The notes: generated from the sequence alone by a model not told the origin. A stretch of DNA of 64,000 nucleotides from Aulosira sp. ZfuVER01 (GCA_034530615.2 JAVRCV020000033.1:1-64000), one strand, 5' to 3'; shown: positions 20,554-29,284, counted from the first letter of the stretch. Program-made: numbers and translations.

Positions 20554-20792
20554 GCGGCAGTTGCTACCCTGTGGGTTCTGCTTTGCAGTATGGCGAACAA
20601 GTCGGGGAATCCGACGCCACTTGCTACCCTGCGGGTTCCGCTTTAGCGGTACAAGCCGGGAAACCCGACGCCAGTTGCTACAACGGAGGGAACCTCAATG
20701 GACAGTTTGCTCAAGTCGGCAAAGCCGCCCACGCAACTGTCCTCCGCAACGCACTGGCTCTCCAACGCGGTGGCTCCCCAACGCATTGCCTC
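20554..20792. repeat. Nested cluster of short dispersed repeats (SDR-like), four levels
   Basis: Left arms GGCAGTTGC, GCCACTTGC, GCCAGTTGC and GGACAGTTTGC are closed in reverse order by GCAACTGTCC, GCACTGGC, GCGGTGGC and GCATTGCC. Confidence 0.85.
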
Positions 20793-20838
20793 GTCCCTCT
20801 GCGGTTCAAAATCCACAATCCATAAATTACCAAGGGTC

Positions 20839-22152
20839 ATGGGTTCTGAAAATTTGTCACAAGATACGCTAGCAGAACATCTGCTGGAGCTAGCCATTAA
20901 GTCTGGAGCCGAAGCTGCTGAAGTGTATCAGTCGCGATCGCTTTCTCGACCAATATTTTTTGAGGCCAACCGCCTCAAGCAGCTCGAAACTAGCCAATCT
21001 GAAGGTACAGCACTAAGACTGTGGCGCAACGGCCGCCCCGGACTCACTGTGGCTTACGGTTCCGTGGAACCGCAAGCGATGGTAGAACGCTCTCTAGCCT
21101 TGAGTCAACTTAATCAACCAGAACCAGTGGAGTTGGGAAGTAACTCGCAGCCATCCTATCCAGACTTAGGAAAAAGTGTGCCGATAGAGGTTTTGGTTAA
21201 CTGGGGCAAAGAAGCGATCGCGCTAGTTCGAGATGCATATCCTGATGTACTTTGCAATAGTGACTGGGAATGTGATGTGGAAAACACTAGACTTGTCAAT
21301 ACCGCAGGTCTAGATTGTTACTACACAGATACAACCCTCAGCTGCTATATGTCAGCCGAATGGGTGCGGGGCGACGATTTTTTGAGCGTTTCTGATGGTC
21401 AAACCCAACGGGACGAACTCGATCCGGAGAAACTGGCTTATCAAATTTTACAACGGTTAATTTGGGCCAGAGAAAACGTTGTACCCCCTAGCGGTCGCGT
21501 TCCTGTTTTATTCACATCTAAAGCTGCTGATATGCTGTGGGGTACGGTGCAAGCAGCCTTGAATGGCAAACGGGTTCTAGAAAAAGCTTCTCCTTGGGCT
21601 GAACGTTTGGGTAAGCCAGTCGTTGCACCTAGCCTCACCCTCTACCAAGATCCCCAAGCGGGGCCTTACAGTTGCCCTTTTGATGATGAAGGTTCTCCTA
21701 CCAAGCCGATAGTTTTTATCCAAAATGGAGTTTTACAGCATTTTTATTGCGATCGCACTACCGGACGCCAACTAAATATTGGCAGCACAGGTAATGGTTT
21801 TCGTCCCAGTTTGGGTAGCTATCCCTCTCCCGGTTTATTTAATTTTTTGATTCAGCCCAGTTCTACATCACTACAAGATTTGATTCAACAAATAGATGAT
21901 GGCTTGATTGTCGATCAAATGCTGGGTGGAGGTGGTGGTATTTCTGGCGATTTTTCCATCAATATTGATTTGGGCTACCGCGTACAAAATGGTCAGGTAA
22001 TTGGCCGCGTTAAAGATACGATGGTTGCTGGCAATATCTACTCAGCCCTGAAACAATTAGTAACCCTAGGTGGCGATGCTGATTGGAATGGCTCTTGTTA
22101 CACTCCCTCTCTGATAGTAGAGGGACTCTCGACTACCAGTAGAAATAATTAA
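20839..22152 (+). CDS. pmbA: TldD/PmbA family protein (PmbA/TldE-like); probable start ATG 20839
   Basis: GAEAAEVY, FEANRLKQ, PFDDEG, STGNGFR, SGDFS, VKDTMVAGN; the longer ORF N-terminus is encoded by repeat DNA. Confidence 0.88.
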   Translation: MGSENLSQDTLAEHLLELAIKSGAEAAEVYQSRSLSRPIFFEANRLKQLETSQSEGTALRLWRNGRPGLTVAYGSVEPQAMVERSLALSQLNQPEPVELGSNSQPSYPDLGKSVPIEVLVNWGKEAIALVRDAYPDVLCNSDWECDVENTRLVNTAGLDCYYTDTTLSCYMSAEWVRGDDFLSVSDGQTQRDELDPEKLAYQILQRLIWARENVVPPSGRVPVLFTSKAADMLWGTVQAALNGKRVLEKASPWAERLGKPVVAPSLTLYQDPQAGPYSCPFDDEGSPTKPIVFIQNGVLQHFYCDRTTGRQLNIGSTGNGFRPSLGSYPSPGLFNFLIQPSSTSLQDLIQQIDDGLIVDQMLGGGGGISGDFSINIDLGYRVQNGQVIGRVKDTMVAGNIYSALKQLVTLGGDADWNGSCYTPSLIVEGLSTTSRNN

Positions 22153-22184
22153 ATAGTCACCTCACTGAAATCAGGTGGATTTAA

Positions 22185-22214
22185 AATCCTCGACTTCTTG
22201 ACGAAGTCGGGGAT
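22185..22214. terminator. Hairpin downstream of pmbA (terminator or REP-like)
   Basis: atcctcgacttc ttgac gaagtcggggat. Confidence 0.55.
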
Positions 22215-22503
22215 ATGGGCAGATATTTTTGCTTGACTATTCATATACCGAAATTTGCGAGAAAAAAAACGACGCTGATTTTTTTAATTTTACTCAGACA
22301 TTTTTCAGACAAGCTCATGCTAAAGATTTCATGATTCCCAAATCTTCAATTAGGGTATCGAAAATGTAAAAAATAGTCAGCAAGTAATTAGAGTTGATCG
22401 ATTCATTTTGTGAGTAAATTTTAGGAGTAACTCTCATTACATTTTTAGGGCTGCTGAATAGGAACTATATAATGAAGCCCTTCACTTTCAGTGAAACCTA
22501 AAA

Positions 22504-23616
22504 ATGAACTTTAACTCGCAGAATCTTAGCTCAAACCGTAAGTCTAAAACTTTTAATAACCCAGAGCGTTTTATTGAGGGGTGGTATTGGGTAATGCCTT
22601 CTGATAATCTGCGCTTAGGTGAAGTCAAGTCTATCACTTTATTAGGCAGGGATCTAGTAATTTATCGCGGTAAAGATAGAAAAGCTGTTACTATTGATGC
22701 CTACTGTCCACATATGGGCGCTCATTTAGGTGATGGTAAAGTTGAGGGTAATGAACTGCGCTGTTTTTTCCACCATTGGAAATTTGATCGTGAAGGATTG
22801 TGTGTTGAGATTCCCTGTCTAGATGAACCGCTTCCTATCAGGTTAAAAACTTGGCCTACCGCAGAGAAATACGGGATGATTTGGGTTTGGACTGGAGAAA
22901 TTTCACTACAACCTCTGCCCTTTGTACCAGAGTTAGAACATAAAGAATGTGATGTGGTTATTGTTTCTCATTTTGTGGCTAACTGTCATCCCAATGTAGC
23001 GATTATTAATACCATCGATACCCAACATTTTAATACAGTTCAAAAACTTCCATTAGAAATTATCTTTGAAAAACAAGAACTGAACCAAAATGCGATCGCC
23101 TTCAGCAATACTACACGAGGAAGAGAAAGTTCTCTTTTCATCAAGCTGATTCGTCCTTTCTACAAAAATGCTGTAACTTATAGTGTTTGTTATTGGTACG
23201 GTAGCAATAGCATGGTAACATTTGGCCCTGATTTCCTCCATTTACATCTCATGTTTACCCTGCGCCTCATAGAAGGAGGAAAAACTGAAGGATGTACATT
23301 ATTAATGATTAAAAAACGTCGGGGAATTCTTGGGTGGTTATGTAATCGAATTGTGCTGTGGCTAGCTAATATTTGGGGTCAAAATTTTCTCAAAGGTAAC
23401 ATGAAGCTGTTTGAGAAAATGCAGTTTAATTTGAAAACTCCTGTCAAAGCAGACCAGCCAATTATGCAGTTTGTCAACCATCTAGAAAGACAAACAGCCT
23501 TATGTTGGGGAACTTGGCAACAAACGCGTTCTCCGAAGGAGTTGTCGAAGACATCGCTCCGCGATGAAAAAGTCAGAGATAATCGAGATAAATGGCGAGA
23601 TGTGCTCAATGACTAA
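22504..23616 (+). CDS. Rieske [2Fe-2S] oxygenase-family protein
   Basis: CPHMGAHL…CFFHHWKF Rieske motif; NTIDTQHFNTVQ at the mononuclear iron site. Confidence 0.9.
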   Translation: MNFNSQNLSSNRKSKTFNNPERFIEGWYWVMPSDNLRLGEVKSITLLGRDLVIYRGKDRKAVTIDAYCPHMGAHLGDGKVEGNELRCFFHHWKFDREGLCVEIPCLDEPLPIRLKTWPTAEKYGMIWVWTGEISLQPLPFVPELEHKECDVVIVSHFVANCHPNVAIINTIDTQHFNTVQKLPLEIIFEKQELNQNAIAFSNTTRGRESSLFIKLIRPFYKNAVTYSVCYWYGSNSMVTFGPDFLHLHLMFTLRLIEGGKTEGCTLLMIKKRRGILGWLCNRIVLWLANIWGQNFLKGNMKLFEKMQFNLKTPVKADQPIMQFVNHLERQTALCWGTWQQTRSPKELSKTSLRDEKVRDNRDKWRDVLND

Positions 23617-23723
23617 AGTTGATAAACATTAAGATGGTCATTTGTCAAGAGTCAAAGGTCAAATTGATATTACTGTTAAATTCTGTATTTTGTTTTAAAT
23701 TATACCAATTTGAAAAAAGAATG

Positions 23724-24014
23724 CTCCCCCACAGGCGACTGGTGTTAGCGCAGCGCTAGCGACGCAGGAGCGTCACCCAAAGGGCGTTGCATGGTGAGGC
23801 AATGCGGTCAGCAATTGCCGAAAAGGTTCCCCCGACTTGAGGAGCCAGTGCGTTGGGGAGACAGCGCCGTGGGCGGGTTTCCCGACTTGAGGCGACTGTC
23901 GTCGGCTCTGCCGACTTGTAGACGCAAAGCGGTGAGCCAGTCCGGTGGACGGGTTCCCCGGCATAAAGGAACTGGCGAACCCGAAGGGCTTCCCGCAGGG
24001 TAGCAACTGGCGTC
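23724..24014. repeat. Second nested SDR-like cluster, preceded by a MITE-type end (ATACCAATTTGAAAAAAG at 23702)
   Basis: GAGCCAGTGCGTTG…GCAACTGGCG encloses GACAGCGCC…GGCGACTGTC and TAGACGCAAAGCGG…CTTCCCGCAGGG, which itself encloses GAGCCAGTCC…GGAACTGGCG. Confidence 0.85.
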
Positions 24015-24051
24015 AAACTTTCCAAGACGGATTGGGAATTTTTTTGTGCGA

Positions 24052-25203
24052 TTATTCTTGATTTTCTTGCTTCAGTGCCCGACGAGCTAACTTGACGTAA
24101 GTTTTCACGGTAGTATAGGGCATTTCTAAATCTTGGGCTATTATTTGCAATGATTCGCCCATTTCCCGTCTGGCCAAAATCGTTGCCCATGTAGAGGCAA
24201 TTTTATCAGTGCGATCGCCTCCTGTACGTTTTCGTTGAGCTGTAAATAGCGCCGTCAGTTCCGCAATGCGTTCTCCCAACAGATTTGTTAGCAATTGGGT
24301 AGGTGTAGTTGGTTCTGGTTCCAGCCATTCTAAGCGCGTTTGTCCCAGTCCAAAGGTAGTTTTGTGTCCTGTACCGCAGTAAGGCGCAAGTCTGACTAAG
24401 GCATAAAACAACTGGGTAAACTCAGTATTAGCTAAAGCGGCTTTACTTAAACTACAAGAAATTGCCCCTGTGAACCCAGTCACCGAACCTCGTTTACCAG
24501 CTGCTACTTTTACCGACTCCAAGCGGTGCTGGTGGATAATTACTCCTTCGTCTATCCATTCGAGAAAAGATTCTGGTTCTACAAACATTCCCGAAAAGTC
24601 ATTCCAGCGACGCAGGTAACTATGAAAGAGATTTACAGGAACAGGGAGAGGGAAATGATGACCTTTACGGCGGAAGCTGGTAGGTGAGACAAAGCTGAGA
24701 CTGATGTTAGTTTTTTTCTCTATAGATGACTGCAACAATTGGGCGTAGGTGGTGGGTAAATGGGCAATACTCACCTGTTTGATTTGCAAGGGTGCATCTC
24801 TTAAAGCCAAGGTTTGTGGTAGTTGGGTTAACCATTGACTGAGAAACTGCGCCACTCTTTGAGAAAGGGCGTTGACGTGCCAACGATAAATTTGTTTTGC
24901 TTCTAGTTGCAGTTGTTTCCCAGTAGGGAGAAGTTGACCTTCCAGCGCCGAAATATTGAAAGGTTTTTCTGACTCCCCATCATGGAGATAAGCAGAAAGT
25001 TCTGGGTTTAATTGCCGTACTTGATCGAGAAACCAAGCATGGAGTCCAATTGTGTACTGAGAATAAAGGGTACTAGAACTAGTTGCCTCAAGGTCAAACA
25101 CCAGTCCTACCAATTCAGTGTCATCTGTCCAAGTGGGAATAGAGGGCGGTAACACAGACTTGGACTTGGCTTTGCGACTAGTAGATATAGCTGCTCTTGC
25201 CAT
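24052..25203 (-). CDS. cas6: CRISPR-associated endoribonuclease Cas6 with C-terminal helix-turn-helix extension (orphan)
   Basis: GLHAWFL, KPFNIS, FVSPTSFR, PLPVPVNLFHSYLRRWNDF, GFTG, glycine-rich loop CGTGHKTTFGLG; tail GESLQIIAQDLEMPYTTVKTYVKLARRAL is HTH-like. Confidence 0.93.
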   Translation of the reverse strand: MARAAISTSRKAKSKSVLPPSIPTWTDDTELVGLVFDLEATSSSTLYSQYTIGLHAWFLDQVRQLNPELSAYLHDGESEKPFNISALEGQLLPTGKQLQLEAKQIYRWHVNALSQRVAQFLSQWLTQLPQTLALRDAPLQIKQVSIAHLPTTYAQLLQSSIEKKTNISLSFVSPTSFRRKGHHFPLPVPVNLFHSYLRRWNDFSGMFVEPESFLEWIDEGVIIHQHRLESVKVAAGKRGSVTGFTGAISCSLSKAALANTEFTQLFYALVRLAPYCGTGHKTTFGLGQTRLEWLEPEPTTPTQLLTNLLGERIAELTALFTAQRKRTGGDRTDKIASTWATILARREMGESLQIIAQDLEMPYTTVKTYVKLARRALKQENQE

Positions 25204-25222
25204 CGCTGCTTGCTATGCAAAT

Positions 25223-25242
25223 AACGTTAAATATTTTACGTT
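25223..25242. promoter_or_regulatory. 20-bp near-perfect palindrome upstream of cas6 (candidate operator or RNA hairpin)
   Basis: AACGTTAAATATTTTACGTT matches its reverse complement at 18/20 positions. Confidence 0.5.
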
Positions 25243-25278
25243 CTTTTCATCCCCATAAGGAGATAAAAATGAATTATC
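25243..25278 (-). CRISPR. Solitary degenerate CRISPR repeat in the cas6 leader (not an array)
   Basis: Minus strand GATAATTCATTTTTAT-CTCC-TTAT-GGGG-ATGAAAAG (36 nt): 4-bp stem, 4-nt loop, 8-nt tail. Resembles the Nostoc type III repeat recalled as GTTTTAATTCCTTTA-CCCC-TCAC-GGGG-ATGGAAAC. Confidence 0.62.
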
Positions 25279-25765
25279 AGAGAGTAAAACAACTTTCTGC
25301 TGCCCAAGCTAGTAGAAAATCAGAATCTGCAAATGACTGGTGAGTTTTGAGGTGGGAATTTTGCCAAATGGGACTAGTCGCCAGGGAATGTATTTTTTAT
25401 TCATGCCAAAATCCTCTAACTTTAAGCAAGCGAAACCGCTAAAAACGGGTAAAGGCCTATGCTAATTGCAGTCGTTGGAAATGGAACTAAAAATCAATAG
25501 GGATCAATTTCAACATAATTCGTAATTACTCATTAACTCCACAATTATTTAGTTTTGTAACCTAAAAATTGCATTTCTATGGTGGCCATAATTGCTGAAA
25601 TTGCTTATTGACCAGGCGATTGGCAAAATATTACAGATTGTTAAAATAACTTTCTCAATTAGGACAGCCGATGCGTTTGGGGAATTTAAAATTCAAAATT
25701 GCAATCCCCATAAATAAATGATGTTGTTCGTCAATTCACTATGGATGAAACCCTTCACCCTTAAC

Positions 25766-26353
25766 TCATAGACCAGAGGACTCAATATCCAATTGAATTT
25801 CACAATTTAATCTTTTGAGTAGCGATATTTTATACACATCGCCTTGATTCATTTCACCTGGTGTCTGCATTTGACTCAAAGCGGTGACAACTTCATCAGA
25901 ATTTGCGGTGAGAATAACCACAGGGCGATCGCACGCTATGGGAAAATCATGCCAAGTGCCAATATGCAATAAGAGTCCGTAACCAGGAGGAAACCGCAGT
26001 GCTTGCACTTGATTTAAATTAGGCAAGTTTTCCTCATTGTCATGATTAGGTGGTGCCATCACCATAATAAATGGTGCTTGTCCCAAACCAATAAACATTT
26101 GGGTCATGTGCATATGGCGTTCTAACCAAATGATTGACGGATATCCTGGTAGGATTTTTGCAGTTCTAAAGGTAGCTGTTCCTCGATAGGTAAAGTCAAT
26201 ATTTTCGCCTTCTAATACTCGTCCTTGATAAAAAGGGATTCCTAAGCCAGGTTTGCTAACATCATCACCTAATAGATGTCCATAGGGTTGAGTATTTTCT
26301 GTGTTGGCATCAATTACAGGGATTTTTAAAACATTAGTGGGAGAAATATTCAT
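25766..26353 (-). CDS. Ureidoglycolate lyase-like cupin
   Basis: ENTQPYG, WLERHMHMTQMF, GLLLHIGTWHDFP. Confidence 0.8.
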   Translation of the reverse strand: MNISPTNVLKIPVIDANTENTQPYGHLLGDDVSKPGLGIPFYQGRVLEGENIDFTYRGTATFRTAKILPGYPSIIWLERHMHMTQMFIGLGQAPFIMVMAPPNHDNEENLPNLNQVQALRFPPGYGLLLHIGTWHDFPIACDRPVVILTANSDEVVTALSQMQTPGEMNQGDVYKISLLKRLNCEIQLDIESSGL

Positions 26354-26390
26354 ATTTTTGGCTTTAGAATTTAGATAAATAAAGATTTTT

Positions 26391-26455
26391 AACCGCCGAT
26401 GAACGCCGATAATTTGTGATAATTATCTGTGTTTATCTGTATTGATCTGTGGTTT
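26391..26455. repeat. Decamer repeat element (AACCGCCGAT…ATCTGTGTTT) overlapping the 3' end of the gene
   Basis: aaccgccgatgaacgccgat … atctgtgtttatctgtattgatctgtggtt; related tract at 38547-38586. Confidence 0.65.
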
Positions 26456-27304
26456 ATTAATCCATTCATAAATACCTTCACCTGTGGTTAACCAGGTATT
26501 AGGTTGATTTTTAATATGTAATAAACATTGCTTTAAATATTTTAACCTTAGTGGTTGACCCACAATAAATGGATGTAAGCCAATCGCCATTACCCTTGCT
26601 TGGTTTTCTCCCTCTTGCCATAATTGGTCAAATTGGTCTTCGATAGCGTGGGCAAATTCTGCACCCGAAAAACGGTTACTTAAACACAAGGTAATATCAT
26701 TTGCTTCTATAGTGTAAGGAATAGCTAGTAAGCGATTATTATTCGGTAAAGGATACCAATAGGGTTGGTCATCATTTACCCAGTCAGCAGTGTACACAAT
26801 TCCAGCATTATGTAATAGTTCAAAGGTTGATTCTGTAATCGAAAATCCAGGAGTTAACCAACCTTTAGGAGTTTTGCCAGTTGCTTGATGCAGTAAATCT
26901 AAAGTTTGATTAATTACCTCAGTTTCTACTTCTATATTCATCCCACTATGACCAGTGGAATTATTAATCCCATGCGCCATTATTTCCCAACCATGTTGCT
27001 TTATGGCTGTGATAATTTCCGGATACAGTGAACATATTTCGCCGTTTAATGCTGCTGTTACGGGAATTTCTAACTCAGCAAATAGTTCAAATAGCCGCCA
27101 AATACCTACACGATTACCATAGTCTCGCCAGCCATAATTAGCAATTTCTGGGTAGCTATTTAAATGAGGTTGAATTGCAGTTCCCAGTTTGCCAAAGGTG
27201 AAATGTTCGACATTCATTACTACCCAAACAGCGACTCTGGCATTATTGGGCAATTTTAACGCCGGACGCTGTGTAATTGGTTGGAAAATTGGAGGTTGCA
27301 ACAT
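26423..27304 (-). CDS. Polysaccharide-deacetylase-fold hydrolase, PuuE/allantoinase-like
   Basis: RVAVWVVMNVEHF, NYGWRDYGNRVGIWRL, WEIMAHG, DWVNDDQPYW, MAIGLHPF; co-oriented with the ureidoglycolate lyase gene. Confidence 0.8.
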   Translation of the reverse strand: MLQPPIFQPITQRPALKLPNNARVAVWVVMNVEHFTFGKLGTAIQPHLNSYPEIANYGWRDYGNRVGIWRLFELFAELEIPVTAALNGEICSLYPEIITAIKQHGWEIMAHGINNSTGHSGMNIEVETEVINQTLDLLHQATGKTPKGWLTPGFSITESTFELLHNAGIVYTADWVNDDQPYWYPLPNNNRLLAIPYTIEANDITLCLSNRFSGAEFAHAIEDQFDQLWQEGENQARVMAIGLHPFIVGQPLRLKYLKQCLLHIKNQPNTWLTTGEGIYEWINKPQINTDKHR

Positions 27305-27348
27305 TAAAAATTCAAAAGTTATGAACTGCGTACACTCTTTTTAGTGTC

Positions 27349-28251
27349 TTAGTGGTTTAGTGGTTCATCCTTTGTAACCGCAGGTGCAGCTTTTTTTGCT
27401 ATAGCTTCTTCTTTAGCTTGCATTTCTAGCAGTTCTGATACTGTCACACATTTATAACCCTTGGCTTTAAGACCAGCAATAATTCCTGGTAACGCTTTCA
27501 CAGTCCGAGAACGGTTGCCACCACCATCGTGCATCAATACAATTGAGCCTGGTTTTACATCATTAACTACATTTTTAATCATTCCTGCTACCTGTGGTGT
27601 ATGACGGTTAGCATCCCCTGATAAACTTGACCACATCATGACAGCATAATTTTGATTTTTGGCGTAGTCAGCTAATCCATTATGTAGGTAGCCTCCAGGG
27701 GGACGGAATAAAGCAGTTTTCACGCCTGTAGTTTTATAGATAATATCTGCTGTGCGATCGATTTCACTAGCCGCCATAGCTGTATCCATATGATGATACG
27801 AATGATCCCAGGTATGGTTGCCAAGGGCATGACCATCAGCCACTATTTGTTTGGCTACTTTGGGATAAGTTTGCACCATTTCCCCAACCACAAAAAACGT
27901 AGCTTTAATCTGATTTTTCTTTAAAATTTCTAGTACCTGTGCGGTATTTTTCGGGCTTGGGCCATCATCAAAAGTTAGAGCAATTGCTTTCTGGCTTGGT
28001 TTTACCTGGGCATGATAAATGGTTTGTCCCTGAAATGGCTTTGGTACTTCTACAATTAAGTTTTTGGCGGTTGCCGCATTTTGAGATGTTGCGCTTTGAG
28101 AACCACCTTTTACACTTTTATCGGTTGGCTTTTTGATTGCCAATTCATAGTGCAGTCCACCCTTCAGCAAACTCAGAGTCAAACCACTAGTAGCAATCGC
28201 TACCATAATAATTACTGCTTGTAACACTTGCGATCTCTTCTGGGCAGTCAC
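27349..28251 (-). CDS. NodB-type polysaccharide/peptidoglycan deacetylase with N-terminal membrane anchor (probable GTG start 28251)
   Basis: ALTFDDGP, GNHTWDH, FRPPGG, IVLMHDGGG; AAGGAG 7 nt before the GTG. Confidence 0.92.
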   Translation of the reverse strand: MTAQKRSQVLQAVIIMVAIATSGLTLSLLKGGLHYELAIKKPTDKSVKGGSQSATSQNAATAKNLIVEVPKPFQGQTIYHAQVKPSQKAIALTFDDGPSPKNTAQVLEILKKNQIKATFFVVGEMVQTYPKVAKQIVADGHALGNHTWDHSYHHMDTAMAASEIDRTADIIYKTTGVKTALFRPPGGYLHNGLADYAKNQNYAVMMWSSLSGDANRHTPQVAGMIKNVVNDVKPGSIVLMHDGGGNRSRTVKALPGIIAGLKAKGYKCVTVSELLEMQAKEEAIAKKAAPAVTKDEPLNH

Positions 28252-28724
28252 CTTAACACTCCTTACACTTAAGTCACACGTTTCGTCCGACTTCCCCTTT
28301 TGCAATCCTGGCTTTTTGAATAGTACCTGAGATTTTTGTTCCCACTAGCCTAATCGCAATCGATTGTAAATCAATATATCCGTTGCCAAAAGAAAAAAAG
28401 GATAAATTAAGTAAAAATACTTACTAAATTAGAGTTTTATTTTTTACAAAATATAATAATCTACAAGTTAATTTTTATGTCTTGAGACTGAGGTGAGAAC
28501 ATCGAAGTATTGGTAATGCCCTTATTTCTGATTTTGATGGCTCTAACTATTCAACAGTTTCAAATGCTTATGGCTCATCTAACAAGCGGTTTGAGCCAAA
28601 AAAATAATAGCGCTTCCCATCATACTAGGCAAGCGCTACTGTTTCAGTTTGACTCAGGAAAGATTCAAAAGTAGTTAAACAGATTCCCCGATTTCTATGA
28701 TTAATCGCCCACAACTTAATTTTT

Positions 28725-28997
28725 CTAAACAGCGCTGTGGCGGTTTAGTAAGTTCCACAAGAAGACAGCAATAATTGCGCCAATAACTGCCACGAAAATA
28801 CCAGGAATACTCAAAGTAGGAGCCGCTAGAGCTAATCTTCCTGTAGTGAAGAATATACCCAGGCTACCGCCAACAAAAGCACCGATGATGCCTAAGATGA
28901 TTGTTGCAAGAATGCCACCGCCTTGACGGCCGGGATAGATGGCTTTAGCGATCGCACCAGCAATGAGACCTAAAACAATCCAAGCAATAATGTTCAT
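28725..28997 (-). CDS. GlsB/YeaQ/YmgE (transglycosylase-associated) membrane protein
   Basis: MNIIAWIVLGLIAGAIAKAIYPG…LGIIGAFVGG. Confidence 0.92.
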   Translation of the reverse strand: MNIIAWIVLGLIAGAIAKAIYPGRQGGGILATIILGIIGAFVGGSLGIFFTTGRLALAAPTLSIPGIFVAVIGAIIAVFLWNLLNRHSAV

Positions 28998-29151
28998 AAG
29001 TTCACTATTTATTAACAGTTTTTTACTAAAAGAAATAGTAACAGTCTCACCATGAGTAGCCAATCTATCATCAGAACTAATTGTTGAATACCTTTAGAAA
29101 TAAATAAATTACTGAATATATCTATAGATAGATGCCACTCTTGAAATTAAG

Positions 29152-29185
29152 AAAAAGCTTCTAGTAGGTCTTTTACTAGAAGCTT
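29152..29185 (-). terminator. Intrinsic terminator downstream of the 6S RNA
   Basis: 12-bp perfect stem AAGCTTCTAGTA/TACTAGAAGCTT with a U-run on the minus strand. Confidence 0.6.
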
Positions 29186-29284
29186 GTCAAACTATTGCTT
29201 GGTAATTGCAGTATATGCATTTCTCATTAACTATCTCTTCTACTAGAAGCATTAGAGAATGTATTAAAATTGCAATTTACTCAA

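Noticed and set aside
20526..20897. Overlapping ORFs and the 47-aa N-terminal extension of pmbA
   Set aside because: Open frames arise from GC-rich nested repeats
23724..24014. Possible CRISPR array next to cas6 (recurring CCGACTTG)
   Set aside because: No constant-length direct repeats with unique spacers; the structure is nested palindromic SDRs also found at 20554 and 41761
23756..24190. Three ORFs over the second SDR cluster
   Set aside because: Repeat-derived, no coding signature
25236..25250. Mini-ORF ATG AAA AGA ACG TAA in the repeat handle as a CreT-like toxin RNA
   Set aside because: Single AGA codon and no properly spaced Shine-Dalgarno sequence
25474..25514. Second CRISPR-like repeat (AACTAAAAATCAATAGGGATCAATTTCAAC)
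   Set aside because: Only patchy resemblance to Nostoc repeats, no intact stem plus 8-nt tail, and about 200 nt from the first unit, so it does not form a mini-array
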